From Candidatus Woesearchaeota archaeon (GTDB lineage Archaea > Nanobdellota > Nanobdellia > SCGC-AAA011-G17 > PNOQ01), in the NCBI GenBank assembly GCA_018663865.1, contig JABJPM010000030.1:117-64116 (forward strand): a stretch of 64,000 nt of DNA, written 5' to 3'. Both the position numbers and the translations under genes were made by a program. Numbering within the stretch: position 1 is the first letter of the stretch; each line of letters starts with the position of its first letter. The notes below the pieces were generated by a model. It saw only the letters and a program-made list of their open reading frames with translations. It was not told the origin of the DNA and searched no databases. Shown piece after piece: positions 1 to 9,851 of this stretch.

Positions 1-1091
1 ATTGTCTTTATTCATCTGGTTCACCAATTTTGGGAAATTTTTGGTTGAGAGATAATCTGAATTTTCTTAGTTTAGAATCTTCGTTTCCGTTTGATATGTT
101 GTGGTATCAAGGCACTTGTACGATTCCTGAATGTAATGATAACTTAAAATCTTTAAAAAAATCTAAAAAATCTAAAAAAAGAAACGTGCTATGGGATTGT
201 ACTAATATTAATTTAAATTTTCACTTTGGTGATGAGTTGGAGATTATAGAATATTGCCTTTATAGCTCTGGTCCCCTTATTGGGTATTTTGATAATAATG
301 AATTTCCAGATCATAGTATGTTAATTATAGGAACTACTCCTGATGGAGATCTTATATTGAAGAATAGTTGGGGAGATGGATTTATTGAACATAATGAATT
401 TCCTGGATTAATTCAAGAGGGAAGTTTTATCCCAGAAAATGATTATGATGTTACTTGTTCTAATTTTGATGGAGATGATTTCTGTTTTTGGGGAATAAAA
501 GGGTTGAGATTTGAAGGTTCTAAACCCGCTAGTTGTAATGATCTTAGTTCTTATTGCGGAAGTTCCAAACTAGACTGTAATGATCTTGATGGATCTTCTG
601 ATGGGTGGGGTTGTCAATTTTCTTGTGGTAATGGTTATTGTGATCCTTGGGAAGATTGCCATTTTTGCTTTGAAGATTGTTGGATGCAAGGGGGAAAAGA
701 AAGAAGTTTTTGTTGTGGTGATAATATTTGTAGCGAGGAATATGGGGAAACATGTGATTTGTGTTCACAAGATTGTTGCCCTGGTTTAGAAAATGGGATT
801 TGTGATTTTGCTGAAAGATGTGAAGAGTCTAATGGAGATTGTATAGGTGGGGAGGGGGGTTGTGGTTTTAATCGTTTATGTGTCGAATATAATCCCAATA
901 ATGGGGCAGAACAAGAAACATGCGCTCAAATATGTGATTCTGAATCCAATGCTGCTTGGTATAGAATAGAATGTCCAAGGAACAATAATAATTTTCAATA
1001 TTTAGATATTACTGGATATAATGATTTTGGTCCATATCCTGGCGATATTCCACACGAAGAAGAATGGCGTTGTTGTGAAATTATATCTTAA
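1..1091 (+). CDS. Secreted papain-like (C1) cysteine peptidase C-terminal part plus Cys-rich C-terminal domain; 5' end is cut by the window edge (frame open to nt 3; the track's 'M' at 30 is an internal TTG)
   Basis: Motif 'LKNSWGDGF' resembles the C1 family 'NSWG..WG' block near the catalytic His/Asn. Downstream is very Cys/Asp/Gly-rich. Confidence 0.5.
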   Translation, partial: CLYSSGSPILGNFWLRDNLNFLSLESSFPFDMLWYQGTCTIPECNDNLKSLKKSKKSKKRNVLWDCTNINLNFHFGDELEIIEYCLYSSGPLIGYFDNNEFPDHSMLIIGTTPDGDLILKNSWGDGFIEHNEFPGLIQEGSFIPENDYDVTCSNFDGDDFCFWGIKGLRFEGSKPASCNDLSSYCGSSKLDCNDLDGSSDGWGCQFSCGNGYCDPWEDCHFCFEDCWMQGGKERSFCCGDNICSEEYGETCDLCSQDCCPGLENGICDFAERCEESNGDCIGGEGGCGFNRLCVEYNPNNGAEQETCAQICDSESNAAWYRIECPRNNNNFQYLDITGYNDFGPYPGDIPHEEEWRCCEIIS

Positions 1092-2865
1092 TTTCTATTT
1101 TTCTATTTGTATCTAACGCTTCTAAAATTGTTCTCCCAATTTGAGATTTTTTATGAATTTGAATTTTGCCCTTATTCGAAACTACTGCGGAAAATAAAAA
1201 ATTATCCTCTAATAATATTTCTGCTTGTTTTTTTATCAGTGATTTTGGAACTGTGAATGTTACAAATTTTTTAGATTCCGCTGCATGATAATTTATTATT
1301 TCTTTTTGTTCTTTTTGTTCTTTTATTGTAATTCTTATTCCCAATTTGTCTTCTATATTTGAAATTCTTTTCCCCTTTACTCCTATTAATTTGGGAATTT
1401 CTTTTTCTGGAACATAAATTGTTGCCCTATTGTTTTTTATTTCAACTTTGGCACTTCTTGAATATTGTTTGAATTCTTTATCTAAATATTGTTCTGCAAA
1501 TTTTATTGTTGATGATTTCTCTTCTGAAACTGGGATGACTACCGTGTTTTCCCCATAACTATAAATTTCATAAGATAATCTATTTTCTAAAAAATCATAA
1601 ATCTCTATTACTGGCCTTGCTAAATCGGATTCTGTCATTCCACTTGGGACCTTTACTGTAATCTTTAAAGTTAATACTGATTCTATTTTTCCAGATTCCA
1701 TGAAGATTATTGTATCTATCACGGAAGGGATCATTCCTGTTTCTATCCTCGGAATAAACCTTTGTATTGAGTCAATTGCAGATGCTGAGTGAATTACTCC
1801 TAAACAATTTGAACCGCCTAATCTCAGATCTGTAAATAGTTTGAAGTCGGGAGTATCCCTTATTTCGTCAAAAAGAATATTGTCTGGTCTTGATAAAAAT
1901 AATATGTCATGTATTTCTCCAGATGCAGCAAAGTTCTTAGAATATTGAGTTATATTTTTGGATAATTGTAAGTCCCTCGGAGATTCAACAGTTTTTGTAA
2001 TTTTCCCTTGCTCCGCATAAAATTCCGCGATTGCTTGTGCAAATGTTGATTTTCCAGAACCAACTTCTCCAGCTATTAAAATTCCTCGTGCTTGAGTTTT
2101 TATTCTATCCAAAATACTTTCTTCTATTTCATAATCACTTAATGTTAATTTTTTGATTGGTTTTACGGCAGTTATTTCTAATCCATTTGAAACCGGGGGC
2201 CTAACAATTACAATCCTATAATTTCTGTATTGAACTACTGTTGATCCTGGTCTAGAGATTTCTACAAATGATCCTGGATCCATTTTGGCTTTTTCTACAA
2301 TTTCTTTTGATAATTCCATTAATGTTTCTCTTTTTAATGGTTTTTTTGCAAGTTTTGTTAATTCCCAATTTCCTGGTAATCCTTTTTTTGCTACAGGAAT
2401 TGCATCTTCTTTTAAATGAACTGACATTGTTCTATCATCAAAATATTTTTCTAAAGATAATTTTGTTTTTGGTTTTTGATGTTCTATGAACTCAACTTCT
2501 AATCCATAAACTCTTGCTGATTCTGCTTGTACAATATCGGCTGTGATTAATATCGCGGAATGATCATATGCAATTTGCCTGATTAATGCATCTATTTCTC
2601 CAGATTTTGCAAATCTGATTTGATCTACTGTTGGCCTGTTCCCCATAAATTGCAAATCAATTTTGTTTTGTTTTTTTAATTCTTGAAGTTCTTTCAATTC
2701 TTCTAAACCTAGAAATCCTGTCTCTCTTCTTTTATTTGCCTGCGACTCTATTTCTGCAACAACTGCATTTGGAATAATTATTGTACCATTAATTTTCTTT
2801 TCTTTTATTAGATTAGAAACAATTTTTTCGATAATTACTGAAGTATCTGGAACATAAGTTTTCAT
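1081..2865 (-). CDS. PIN-domain / KH-domain ATPase (archaeal COG1855-type, PilT-like NTPase)
   Basis: N-terminal PIN-like acidic residues; Walker A 'GEVGSGKST'; C-terminal KH-like 'IGVKGKRISNIE'. Confidence 0.7.
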   Translation of the reverse strand: MKTYVPDTSVIIEKIVSNLIKEKKINGTIIIPNAVVAEIESQANKRRETGFLGLEELKELQELKKQNKIDLQFMGNRPTVDQIRFAKSGEIDALIRQIAYDHSAILITADIVQAESARVYGLEVEFIEHQKPKTKLSLEKYFDDRTMSVHLKEDAIPVAKKGLPGNWELTKLAKKPLKRETLMELSKEIVEKAKMDPGSFVEISRPGSTVVQYRNYRIVIVRPPVSNGLEITAVKPIKKLTLSDYEIEESILDRIKTQARGILIAGEVGSGKSTFAQAIAEFYAEQGKITKTVESPRDLQLSKNITQYSKNFAASGEIHDILFLSRPDNILFDEIRDTPDFKLFTDLRLGGSNCLGVIHSASAIDSIQRFIPRIETGMIPSVIDTIIFMESGKIESVLTLKITVKVPSGMTESDLARPVIEIYDFLENRLSYEIYSYGENTVVIPVSEEKSSTIKFAEQYLDKEFKQYSRSAKVEIKNNRATIYVPEKEIPKLIGVKGKRISNIEDKLGIRITIKEQKEQKEIINYHAAESKKFVTFTVPKSLIKKQAEILLEDNFLFSAVVSNKGKIQIHKKSQIGRTILEALDTNRKIEIKI

Positions 2866-2908
2866 ATTTTAGAATATTTTATTTTATTTATAAAGGTTGG
2901 GTTAATGA

Positions 2909-3628
2909 TTATATTTTTCTTATAAATGTTAAAAATGCAGTATGTCCTATCATTCTTATTTGAGGATGCAGAATTAATTTAGTTATATCCCATTTTCGTT
3001 CTATAGTTTCTATTGTATCTAGAACTATTAAATCTGGGTTTTGTTTTGCTTCTTTTATTACTTGGTTTGATTGTGTTAATGATGGTGAATATGAAACAAT
3101 ATATCCCCCAGATTTCAATGCTTCTGAGACGTTTTTTAGTACTGTCCAAGGTTCTTTTACATCTATTGTTGCAATATCAAAATCATTTTCTTCTATTTCT
3201 GTAGAAGCATCTTGAGTAATTAATTTTACATTCTCTATCTCGAAATCTTTCAAATTTCTTTTAACAATTTTTGTATGATCTTCCCTTATATCATAGCTGA
3301 TTATCTCTTTAGCAATCCTTGCCATATACATTGTAAGTGCTCCAGATCCTGATCCGATTTCTAATACTTTAGAATTTTTATTCATCCCCGTGCGGGTGAT
3401 GATTTCTCCTATGTCTTTCGGAGACATTGTCTGAGGGCCACGTTTCATTTTTTCTAAATTATCCTGAAATGATGCCTCAATTATTAAGAATTCATTATCC
3501 TTATTAGAATTAGCTATTTTTTTACTCTTTATTTCTTCTTCTTTTACTACACCAAATTCTGTGTGTAAGTCTCCTTCTTTCCAGAAGAATTTTCTCCCTT
3601 TATGGATTAATATTTTTTTAATTTTCAT
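2909..3628 (-). CDS. trmI: tRNA (adenine-N1)-methyltransferase TrmI/Gcd14 family
   Basis: SAM-binding motif 'VLEIGSGSGALT' and overall TrmI-like layout at 239 aa. Confidence 0.75.
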   Translation of the reverse strand: MKIKKILIHKGRKFFWKEGDLHTEFGVVKEEEIKSKKIANSNKDNEFLIIEASFQDNLEKMKRGPQTMSPKDIGEIITRTGMNKNSKVLEIGSGSGALTMYMARIAKEIISYDIREDHTKIVKRNLKDFEIENVKLITQDASTEIEENDFDIATIDVKEPWTVLKNVSEALKSGGYIVSYSPSLTQSNQVIKEAKQNPDLIVLDTIETIERKWDITKLILHPQIRMIGHTAFLTFIRKI

Positions 3629-3638
3629 GTTTTAAAAG

Positions 3639-3722
3639 TGCAGGTGACAGGACTCGAACCTGCGTAAGCACTAAGCTAATGGATTTTGAGTCCATCCCGT
3701 TTGACCACTCCGGCACACCTGC
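3639..3722 (-). tRNA. tRNA-Leu (anticodon CAA), type II with long variable arm
   Basis: Reverse complement folds as a cloverleaf with acceptor GCAGGTG/CACCTGC, anticodon loop CTCAAAA and T-arm GGTTCGAGTCC. A GC-rich island in an AT-rich background. Confidence 0.85.
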
Positions 3723-3808
3723 GGATGATTTTATTGCTCATATATTGTTTAAAAAGATTATGGAAATGATTTAGTTAACTTTTTATACTAGTTCTTCTAT
3801 AGGATATT

Positions 3809-4030
3809 ATGTCTGACAAAGATAATCTTGAAAAATTTGTTTCTAAAAATGGTTTTGATCTTTGTGTTTTGTGTAAATTTGTAACTGAGTATAAAACTGA
3901 GGTCAATATTGAATCTAGGGAATATTATATTGATGGCGTTGGCCAATTGTGCAATACCTGTTATTCAACTGCAGAAGAAACTTTATTTGAACAAAATTTC
4001 ATAAAAAAATATTTGGACAATTTTTTCTGA
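3809..4030 (+). CDS. Small zinc-ribbon protein (CxxC...CxxC), function unknown
   Basis: Two CxxC pairs (CVLC, CNTC) in a 73-aa ORF. Confidence 0.35.
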   Translation: MSDKDNLEKFVSKNGFDLCVLCKFVTEYKTEVNIESREYYIDGVGQLCNTCYSTAEETLFEQNFIKKYLDNFF

Positions 4031-4073
4031 AATAATGAAAAGGTTATTAAGGAATGAATTGATAATGAATTAA

Positions 4074-4919
4074 ATGCCAACTAATGTTACTTTTGAATAT
4101 GAGAATGCTGAAAAAGAATATTTGCAAGCTAGTACGTTTTCTGAAAAAATAATTTGTCTTAAAAAAATGTTAACTGCTGTCCCCAAACATAAAGGGACTG
4201 AAAACTTACGTAATGATATTAAAAGAAGAATTTCTAAATATAAATCTCTGGTTGATCGAGAAAAAAAAATATCTAAATCTGGCGGAAGAAGTGAATCAAT
4301 AAAAAAAGAAGGCGCCGCAAGAATTGTTCTAATCGGAGTTACAAATTCTGGAAAATCTACTTTACTAAGCACAATCACTAATGCAAAACCCCTGGTTGCA
4401 GATTATGAATATACTACTAAAAAACCAGAAATTGGAACATTGGATTATGATGGTATAATTTTGCAAGTCATTGAAATTCCGGCTATTACGAAAGATTATT
4501 TGGATAAAGAAAAAGGCCCAGCCTATATGGGCATTGTCAGAGATTCAGATTTAATTGTTATTGTATCAAAAAATAAAAAGGGTGTGGATTTGGTCAAAAA
4601 AGAATTAATTGATGCTGGAATAAAATTTAAGGGAATCCTATTGGATGCTAAGAATGCCAATTCTAAAGAGAAAATTTGGAAAAAGTTGGGATTGGTATAT
4701 GTTTATACAAAATCTCCTGGGAAGGAAAAAGAATATCCACCAATTGCCTTGAGAAAGGGATCTAATGTTAAAAGTTTAGCAAATAAAGTTCATAGGGATT
4801 TTATAAAAAACTTCGATTATGCTCGAGTTTGGGGAAAAGGCGCCAAGTTCGATGGTCAAAGGGTCGGGCTGAGACACATATTAAAAGAAAAAGATGTTGT
4901 GGAATTACACCTAAAGTAA
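4074..4919 (+). CDS. DRG/Obg-family GTPase with C-terminal TGS domain (shortened form)
   Basis: DRG-like N-terminal 'KHKGTENLRNDIKRRISKYK'; G1 'GVTNSGKSTLL'; C-terminal TGS-like 'RVWGKGAKFDGQRVGLRHILKEKDVVELH'. Confidence 0.7.
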   Translation: MPTNVTFEYENAEKEYLQASTFSEKIICLKKMLTAVPKHKGTENLRNDIKRRISKYKSLVDREKKISKSGGRSESIKKEGAARIVLIGVTNSGKSTLLSTITNAKPLVADYEYTTKKPEIGTLDYDGIILQVIEIPAITKDYLDKEKGPAYMGIVRDSDLIVIVSKNKKGVDLVKKELIDAGIKFKGILLDAKNANSKEKIWKKLGLVYVYTKSPGKEKEYPPIALRKGSNVKSLANKVHRDFIKNFDYARVWGKGAKFDGQRVGLRHILKEKDVVELHLK

Positions 4920-4952
4920 AGACTTTTAAATCTCAGAATTATTTAGATTATT

Positions 4953-5237
4953 ATGATTGAGTTGGGCGGAAATATTAATTTAGATGGATTTGATAATGTC
5001 GAACAAGGAAAGTTAATTATTATAAAAAAAATTCTTGGTAATTATGTAAAAAACCTTATTGAAAATACAGAAAATTTTGAAAGTATATTGCTCTCTCTCA
5101 AAACTGAAGAAAATAATTTAATTGAAGTAAAATTAAAGTGTGGTGCAAATGAGTTAATTTGCAATTCCAGTGATAATAATATTTTTTTCGCAATGAATAA
5201 TGTGTTGACTGAACTTGAAAGCAATCTGACGCAATAA
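4953..5237 (+). CDS. Hypothetical protein (94 aa)
   Basis: ORF in operon position upstream of rpl21e; no recognisable motif. Confidence 0.3.
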   Translation: MIELGGNINLDGFDNVEQGKLIIIKKILGNYVKNLIENTENFESILLSLKTEENNLIEVKLKCGANELICNSSDNNIFFAMNNVLTELESNLTQ

Positions 5238-5285
5238 AAACATTTATAAAGGGATTAATTCTTCGATTTAACTGAGGTAATCAAA

Positions 5286-5573
5286 ATGCAAAGAACCGGT
5301 GGATTCAGAAGAAAATCAAGAAGCAAGTTACGAAAAAATGTACGATCTAAGGGAAAAATCTCTATTAGAAAGTTCCTTCAAAAATTTATTGAAGGAGATA
5401 GGGTTAATTTAGTTGCTGAACCAGGTGTTCAGGGCGGAATGTATCATCCAAGGTTTCATGGGAAATCAGGAATTATTGGAATTAAACAAGGAAGTAATTA
5501 TTATGTTAAAATAAGGGATGGGAATAAAGATAAGTCTTTATTGGTGCATCCTATTCATTTGAAAAAAGATTAA
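5286..5573 (+). CDS. rpl21e: 50S ribosomal protein L21e
   Basis: 'RKSRSKLRKNVRSKG...GMYHPRFHGKSG' matches the L21e pattern; conserved L21e-RpoF-DUF655 gene order. Confidence 0.9.
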   Translation: MQRTGGFRRKSRSKLRKNVRSKGKISIRKFLQKFIEGDRVNLVAEPGVQGGMYHPRFHGKSGIIGIKQGSNYYVKIRDGNKDKSLLVHPIHLKKD

Positions 5574-5574
5574 A

Positions 5575-5904
5575 ATGGAAATAGTTGAAAAAAGACCGGT
5601 TAGTTTGCCTGAGATGGAAATTCATATTCAGGAAATGAAAAAGCGAGATAAAGAATTAAATTTCCGATCTAAAAAAGTAGAAGAATATTTAAAGAATGTT
5701 CCAAAAGTTAAAGAGTATGAAAAATTAATAAAAGCACTTGAGGAAATTGAAATCTCAAGGTTAAATGAAAAACACATAACACTTATAGTTAATATACTTC
5801 CTGTTGATTTAGACAGTTTAAGAACTGTTTTGTCAGGAGAGAATATCACATTAAAAGACGACGACTTGAAAAAAATAGTGGAAACAGTGATTAAGTATGT
5901 TTGA
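5575..5904 (+). CDS. rpoF: DNA-directed RNA polymerase subunit F (Rpo4)
   Basis: About 110 aa, directly downstream of L21e and upstream of DUF655 (conserved archaeal arrangement). Confidence 0.7.
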   Translation: MEIVEKRPVSLPEMEIHIQEMKKRDKELNFRSKKVEEYLKNVPKVKEYEKLIKALEEIEISRLNEKHITLIVNILPVDLDSLRTVLSGENITLKDDDLKKIVETVIKYV

Positions 5905-6476
5905 GAGAAAAAATGATGAGACAAACAACGAAGGAGGAAGTAGCAATAGTATTGGATTTTCTTCCGCATGGGTATCCTTTCGATTCGAGACCTATGCACC
6001 AGAAGACAGCAATAGCACAAGCTATGGGAAAAAAGTTTTTCACGCTGTTGGAATTGGTTCCAAAAAAAGGAGAATTTCTCCAACCTCATGAAGAAGTATA
6101 TATTGGGGATGGAAAAAGGGATAAGATCCACCACATTGTTGGAAAAGTACCTCTTTCGAAGTTAACTCAGACAGCGAAGATGGAATTAGATTTCGTCATC
6201 GAAAAAATGGTTGATAAAAATGAAGAAAAGTTTATTGCTTTCTTCAATAAAGCTGGACCAATAAATATGAGGGTGCACCAACTGGAATTATTGCCAGGCA
6301 TTGGAAAAAAGCACACTTTAATGATATTGGAAGGGCGTGAAGAATCACCGTTTGAATCGTTTGAGGATTTGAAAAAAAGGGTAAAATTAGTGCCTGATCC
6401 GAAAAAAACAATAGTGCGAAGGATATATGCCGAGTTAGATGATGGGGATAAACACAAACTGTTTGTTCGATCGTAG
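5901..6476 (+). CDS. DUF655-family RNA-binding protein (helix-hairpin-helix)
   Basis: Conserved position after rpoF; 'LELLPGIGKKHTLMILE' HhH-like motif. Confidence 0.65.
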   Translation: MREKMMRQTTKEEVAIVLDFLPHGYPFDSRPMHQKTAIAQAMGKKFFTLLELVPKKGEFLQPHEEVYIGDGKRDKIHHIVGKVPLSKLTQTAKMELDFVIEKMVDKNEEKFIAFFNKAGPINMRVHQLELLPGIGKKHTLMILEGREESPFESFEDLKKRVKLVPDPKKTIVRRIYAELDDGDKHKLFVRS

Positions 6477-6510
6477 GCAAAACCTTTTTAAATAGGCCAA
6501 CAACACAAAT

Positions 6511-6963
6511 ATGAGAATGGAAGATAAGAAATTAAAACACATCATTCGTATATTCGCTGCAGATCTAAATGGTCACAAAGCGATTAAACATGGATTGACA
6601 AAAGTAAAGGGTATAAGCTTTTCTATGGCTAATGCAATTTGTCATCTTTCTGGAATTGATATTAATAAAAAAGCTGGATATCTAGAGGATGCAGAAGTAA
6701 AAAAAATAGAGGCTACTTTAGATAATTTAGATAAATTTCCAACTTGGATGCTAAATAGAAGAAAAGATTATGATGATGGTTCTGATGGACATTTATTGAA
6801 TGTTGATTTAAAATTAAGAACTGAATTCGATGTTAAAAGATTAAAGAAAATAAAGAGTTTCAAAGGGATGAGGCATGCTGTGGGATTAACAGTTAGGGGC
6901 CAAAGAACAAAAGGACATTTCAGGGCTAGAAATAAATCTCTTGGAGTAAAGAGGAAGAAATAA
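6511..6963 (+). CDS. rps13: 30S ribosomal protein S13 (uS13)
   Basis: 'IFAADLNGHKAIKHGLTKVKGIS' and C-terminal 'GLTVRGQRTKGHFRARN' are typical uS13. Confidence 0.9.
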   Translation: MRMEDKKLKHIIRIFAADLNGHKAIKHGLTKVKGISFSMANAICHLSGIDINKKAGYLEDAEVKKIEATLDNLDKFPTWMLNRRKDYDDGSDGHLLNVDLKLRTEFDVKRLKKIKSFKGMRHAVGLTVRGQRTKGHFRARNKSLGVKRKK

Positions 6964-6964
6964 G

Positions 6965-7741
6965 ATGGGACAAATAAAGAAATTTCGAAAAAAATATGAA
7001 ACTCCTATGCATCCTTGGCAAAGAGAGAGACTTATTGAAGAAAAAGAATATGTTTTAAATTATGGTTTCAAAAATAAAAAAGAAATTTGGAAAGAAATTG
7101 CAAAATTGAAAAAAGCAAGATTGCAATCAAAGAAAATTATTGCAAATAAAACTTCTGAACAAGCTCTAAAAGAAAAAGATCAATTATTATCAAGGTTGAT
7201 AAAATTTGGAATTTTAATGAAGGATTCAACTATTGAAGATGTATTGGGATTAAAAGCAACAAATTTCTTCGAGAGAAGATTGCAAACTGTAATTGTTAAA
7301 AAAGGTTTAGCAAGATCTGTTAAACAAGCAAGACAATTTATTGTTCATGGACACATATTTATTGGTGATCAAAAAGTTAGTTCACCCTCATATATGGTAT
7401 CCTTGGCTGATGAGTCCAAACTCTCTTTTAATACAAATTCAACTTTATCTAAAGAAGATCATCCTGAGCGAGCAGTATTAACTAAAAAGGATGAAAAAGT
7501 TTTAGAAGAGATAAAAGAGAAGAAAGAATCTGCTAAAAAAGAAAAAAAAGTAGAAGTTAAAGAAGAGAAAAAAGAATCTCCTAAGGAAGAAAAAAAAGTA
7601 GAAGTTAAAGAAGAGAAAAAAGAATCTCCTAAGGAAGAAAAAAAAGTAGAAGTTAAAGAAGAAAAAAAAGAATCTCCTAAGGAAGAAAAAAAAGTAGAAG
7701 TTAAAGAAGAACCTGTCAAAGTGGCAGGGGCAAGTGAATAA
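6965..7741 (+). CDS. rps4: 30S ribosomal protein S4 (uS4) with repetitive Lys/Glu-rich C-terminal extension
   Basis: uS4 N-terminus '[15 protein letters not shown]', S4 domain, then four 48-nt tandem repeats encoding [16 protein letters not shown]. Confidence 0.9.
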   Translation: MGQIKKFRKKYETPMHPWQRERLIEEKEYVLNYGFKNKKEIWKEIAKLKKARLQSKKIIANKTSEQALKEKDQLLSRLIKFGILMKDSTIEDVLGLKATNFFERRLQTVIVKKGLARSVKQARQFIVHGHIFIGDQKVSSPSYMVSLADESKLSFNTNSTLSKEDHPERAVLTKKDEKVLEEIKEKKESAKKEKKVEVKEEKKESPKEEKKVEVKEEKKESPKEEKKVEVKEEKKESPKEEKKVEVKEEPVKVAGASE

Positions 7742-8159
7742 AATGAAACCTACATATCAAAATAAACAAAAAAAGATGAAATGGGGTATTGTACATATTT
7801 ATGCTTCTTATAATAATACTATAATTCATGTTACAGATATTACTGGATCAGAAACTATTACAAAGGTTAGTGGTGGAATGGTCACAAAAACGCATAGATT
7901 GGAAGCTAGTCCAACTGTTGCAATGACTGCAGCAAAAATGGCGGCTGAAAATACTTTGGAAAAAGGAATTAATGCTGTACACATTAAAGTTAGGGCACCG
8001 GGAGGTCATAATGGACCGACTGGAACTGGCCCTGGTGCACAGGCAGCAATTCGAACTTTGACTAGAGCTGGATTAAGAATTGGAGATATTGAAGAAGTTA
8101 CTCCTCTTCCACATGATGGTTGTAGAAAAAAAGGCGGAAAACGAGGAAGAAGAGTTTAA
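7734..8159 (+). CDS. rps11: 30S ribosomal protein S11 (uS11)
   Basis: '[17 protein letters not shown]...[23 protein letters not shown]' is canonical uS11. Confidence 0.92.
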   Translation: MNKMKPTYQNKQKKMKWGIVHIYASYNNTIIHVTDITGSETITKVSGGMVTKTHRLEASPTVAMTAAKMAAENTLEKGINAVHIKVRAPGGHNGPTGTGPGAQAAIRTLTRAGLRIGDIEEVTPLPHDGCRKKGGKRGRRV

Positions 8160-8161
8160 AG

Positions 8162-8983
8162 ATGGAAATGAAAATAATCGATAAAACTGATGAAAAGTTA
8201 GTATTAGAATTTTCTAATGCTGATGCAGCTGAAGTAAACACATTTAGAAGAATGGTTGTTTCAGGTGTTCCAGTTATGGCGATTGAAGAAGTTGAATTCA
8301 TAAAAAATGATTCTGCTCTTGTTGATGAAATAGTGGCTAATCGATTAGGATTAATACCATTGACTACTCCGACAAATACTTATAATAAAAGAGAAGATTG
8401 TAAATGTGATGGGAAAGGTTGCCCATTATGTCAGGTTGAATTTTCATTAGATGTTAAAGGGCCTTGTGTTGTGTATGCATCTCAATTAATTTCCCAAGAT
8501 GAAAAAATTAAATCTGCTTTTGATGATATGCCAATTACAAGATTATTGGATGGTCAAGAATTAACAATCAATGCCATTGCAGTAATGGGTGAGGGGAGAG
8601 AACATATGAAATATGCTCCTGCTATTGCATTCTATCATCATAAACCAAAATTCATAATCAATAATGATGAAGCAAAATTAAGTAAATTTAAAAATCAATA
8701 TCCTGAAGCAGCAATTAAAGATGGAAAATTTGATGAAGAGGCTTTATTGAATGATAAATTATATAATGCCTGCGAGGGTGTATGTGACGATCTATTAAAG
8801 ATTGAATATGAAGAGGATAAATTTATATTTTATTTAGAATCATTTGGTCAAATGACTGCGAGTGAAGTTATGTCAACTGCGCTTAACAAATTTAATGACA
8901 AATTGGATGATTTTGAAAAATCTATGAAAGGGGGAAAAGGAAAACCACTTGCAGATATCGCTAAAAAATTAATGAATAAATAA
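8162..8983 (+). CDS. rpoD: DNA-directed RNA polymerase subunit D (Rpo3)
   Basis: Position after S11, 273 aa, Cys cluster 'CKCDGKGCPLC'; conserved S13-S4-S11-RpoD order. Confidence 0.85.
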   Translation: MEMKIIDKTDEKLVLEFSNADAAEVNTFRRMVVSGVPVMAIEEVEFIKNDSALVDEIVANRLGLIPLTTPTNTYNKREDCKCDGKGCPLCQVEFSLDVKGPCVVYASQLISQDEKIKSAFDDMPITRLLDGQELTINAIAVMGEGREHMKYAPAIAFYHHKPKFIINNDEAKLSKFKNQYPEAAIKDGKFDEEALLNDKLYNACEGVCDDLLKIEYEEDKFIFYLESFGQMTASEVMSTALNKFNDKLDDFEKSMKGGKGKPLADIAKKLMNK

Positions 8984-8989
8984 TAATTT

Positions 8990-9073
8990 GCAGGGGTGCC
9001 GGAGTGGTCAAACGGACATGGTTAAGGCCCATGTGGCTTAGTGCCTACGCAGGTTCGAGTCCTGTCCCTTGCA
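8990..9073 (+). tRNA. tRNA-Leu, type II. Strict folding gives anticodon AAG in loop TTAAGGC; A34 is atypical, so UAA/other cannot be excluded
   Basis: Near-identical backbone to the tRNA-Leu at 3639-3722 (same acceptor, D-arm, variable arm, T-arm GGTTCGAGTCC); only anticodon-arm and acceptor nucleotides differ. Confidence 0.75.
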
Positions 9074-9085
9074 TGAGGATCAAAA

Positions 9086-9436
9086 ATGAAAAAAACTGGA
9101 TCAACAAACAAAAATCTTGTATCTTTGATACAAGATTTGAAAGAGTATGCAGGTAAAGAGAATTCTGCATTTTGGAAGAGAATAGTTAAAGATTTAGAAA
9201 AGCCATCTAGAAATAGAAGAAAGGTTAATCTTAATAAAATAAATGAAAATACTAACGATGGGGAAACAGTTATAGTTCCTGGTAAAATATTGGGTATTGG
9301 AAATTTAGATCATACAGTTACAGTTGTAGCTTTAAATTTCAGCGAAAGTGCGTCTGAAAAATTGAAAGATAAAATGACAATCAGAGAATTATTTGAAAAA
9401 AACCCAAAAATAAAAGATGCGAGGATTTTAGGATAA
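9086..9436 (+). CDS. rpl18e: 50S ribosomal protein L18e
   Basis: Position after rpoD; 116-aa basic protein with 'PSRNRRKVNL' pattern. Confidence 0.8.
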   Translation: MKKTGSTNKNLVSLIQDLKEYAGKENSAFWKRIVKDLEKPSRNRRKVNLNKINENTNDGETVIVPGKILGIGNLDHTVTVVALNFSESASEKLKDKMTIRELFEKNPKIKDARILG

Positions 9437-9437
9437 A

Positions 9438-9851
9438 ATGATAGTAATTGATGCAACAAATTTAATTTCAGGAAGAATGGCTACTTGGGTAGCTAAACAA
9501 GCATTGCTCGGAGAAGAAATAAATATTGTTAATTGCGAAAGTGCAGTAATTACTGGAAAGAAAAAATCAGTATTAACTAGATATCGTGAAAAATATGAAA
9601 TTGGGGATGCATTAAAAGGCCCTTATTTTCCTAAAATGGCAGATAGATTCATTAGAAGAATGGTCAGAGGAATGTTGCCATATAAACAAAAGAAAGGCAT
9701 AGATGCATACAAACGAGTTATGTGTTATCTTGGAGTTCCAATTGAATTCAATGATAAAAAATTAGAAACAATTAAAAGCGCGGACGTTTCCAACAGCAGA
9801 GTATTATCTTATATTACTGTTGGTGATATTTGTAAAAATCTTAAAAAATGA
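9438..9851 (+). CDS. rpl13: 50S ribosomal protein L13 (uL13)
   Basis: 'IDATNLISGRMATWVAKQALLGEEI' is the uL13 N-terminal signature. Confidence 0.9.
   Translation: MIVIDATNLISGRMATWVAKQALLGEEINIVNCESAVITGKKKSVLTRYREKYEIGDALKGPYFPKMADRFIRRMVRGMLPYKQKKGIDAYKRVMCYLGVPIEFNDKKLETIKSADVSNSRVLSYITVGDICKNLKK

Noticed and set aside
30-32. Start codon of the first ORF
   Set aside because: Position 30 is TTG and the frame is open to the window edge, so the gene is 5'-truncated by the window rather than starting here.
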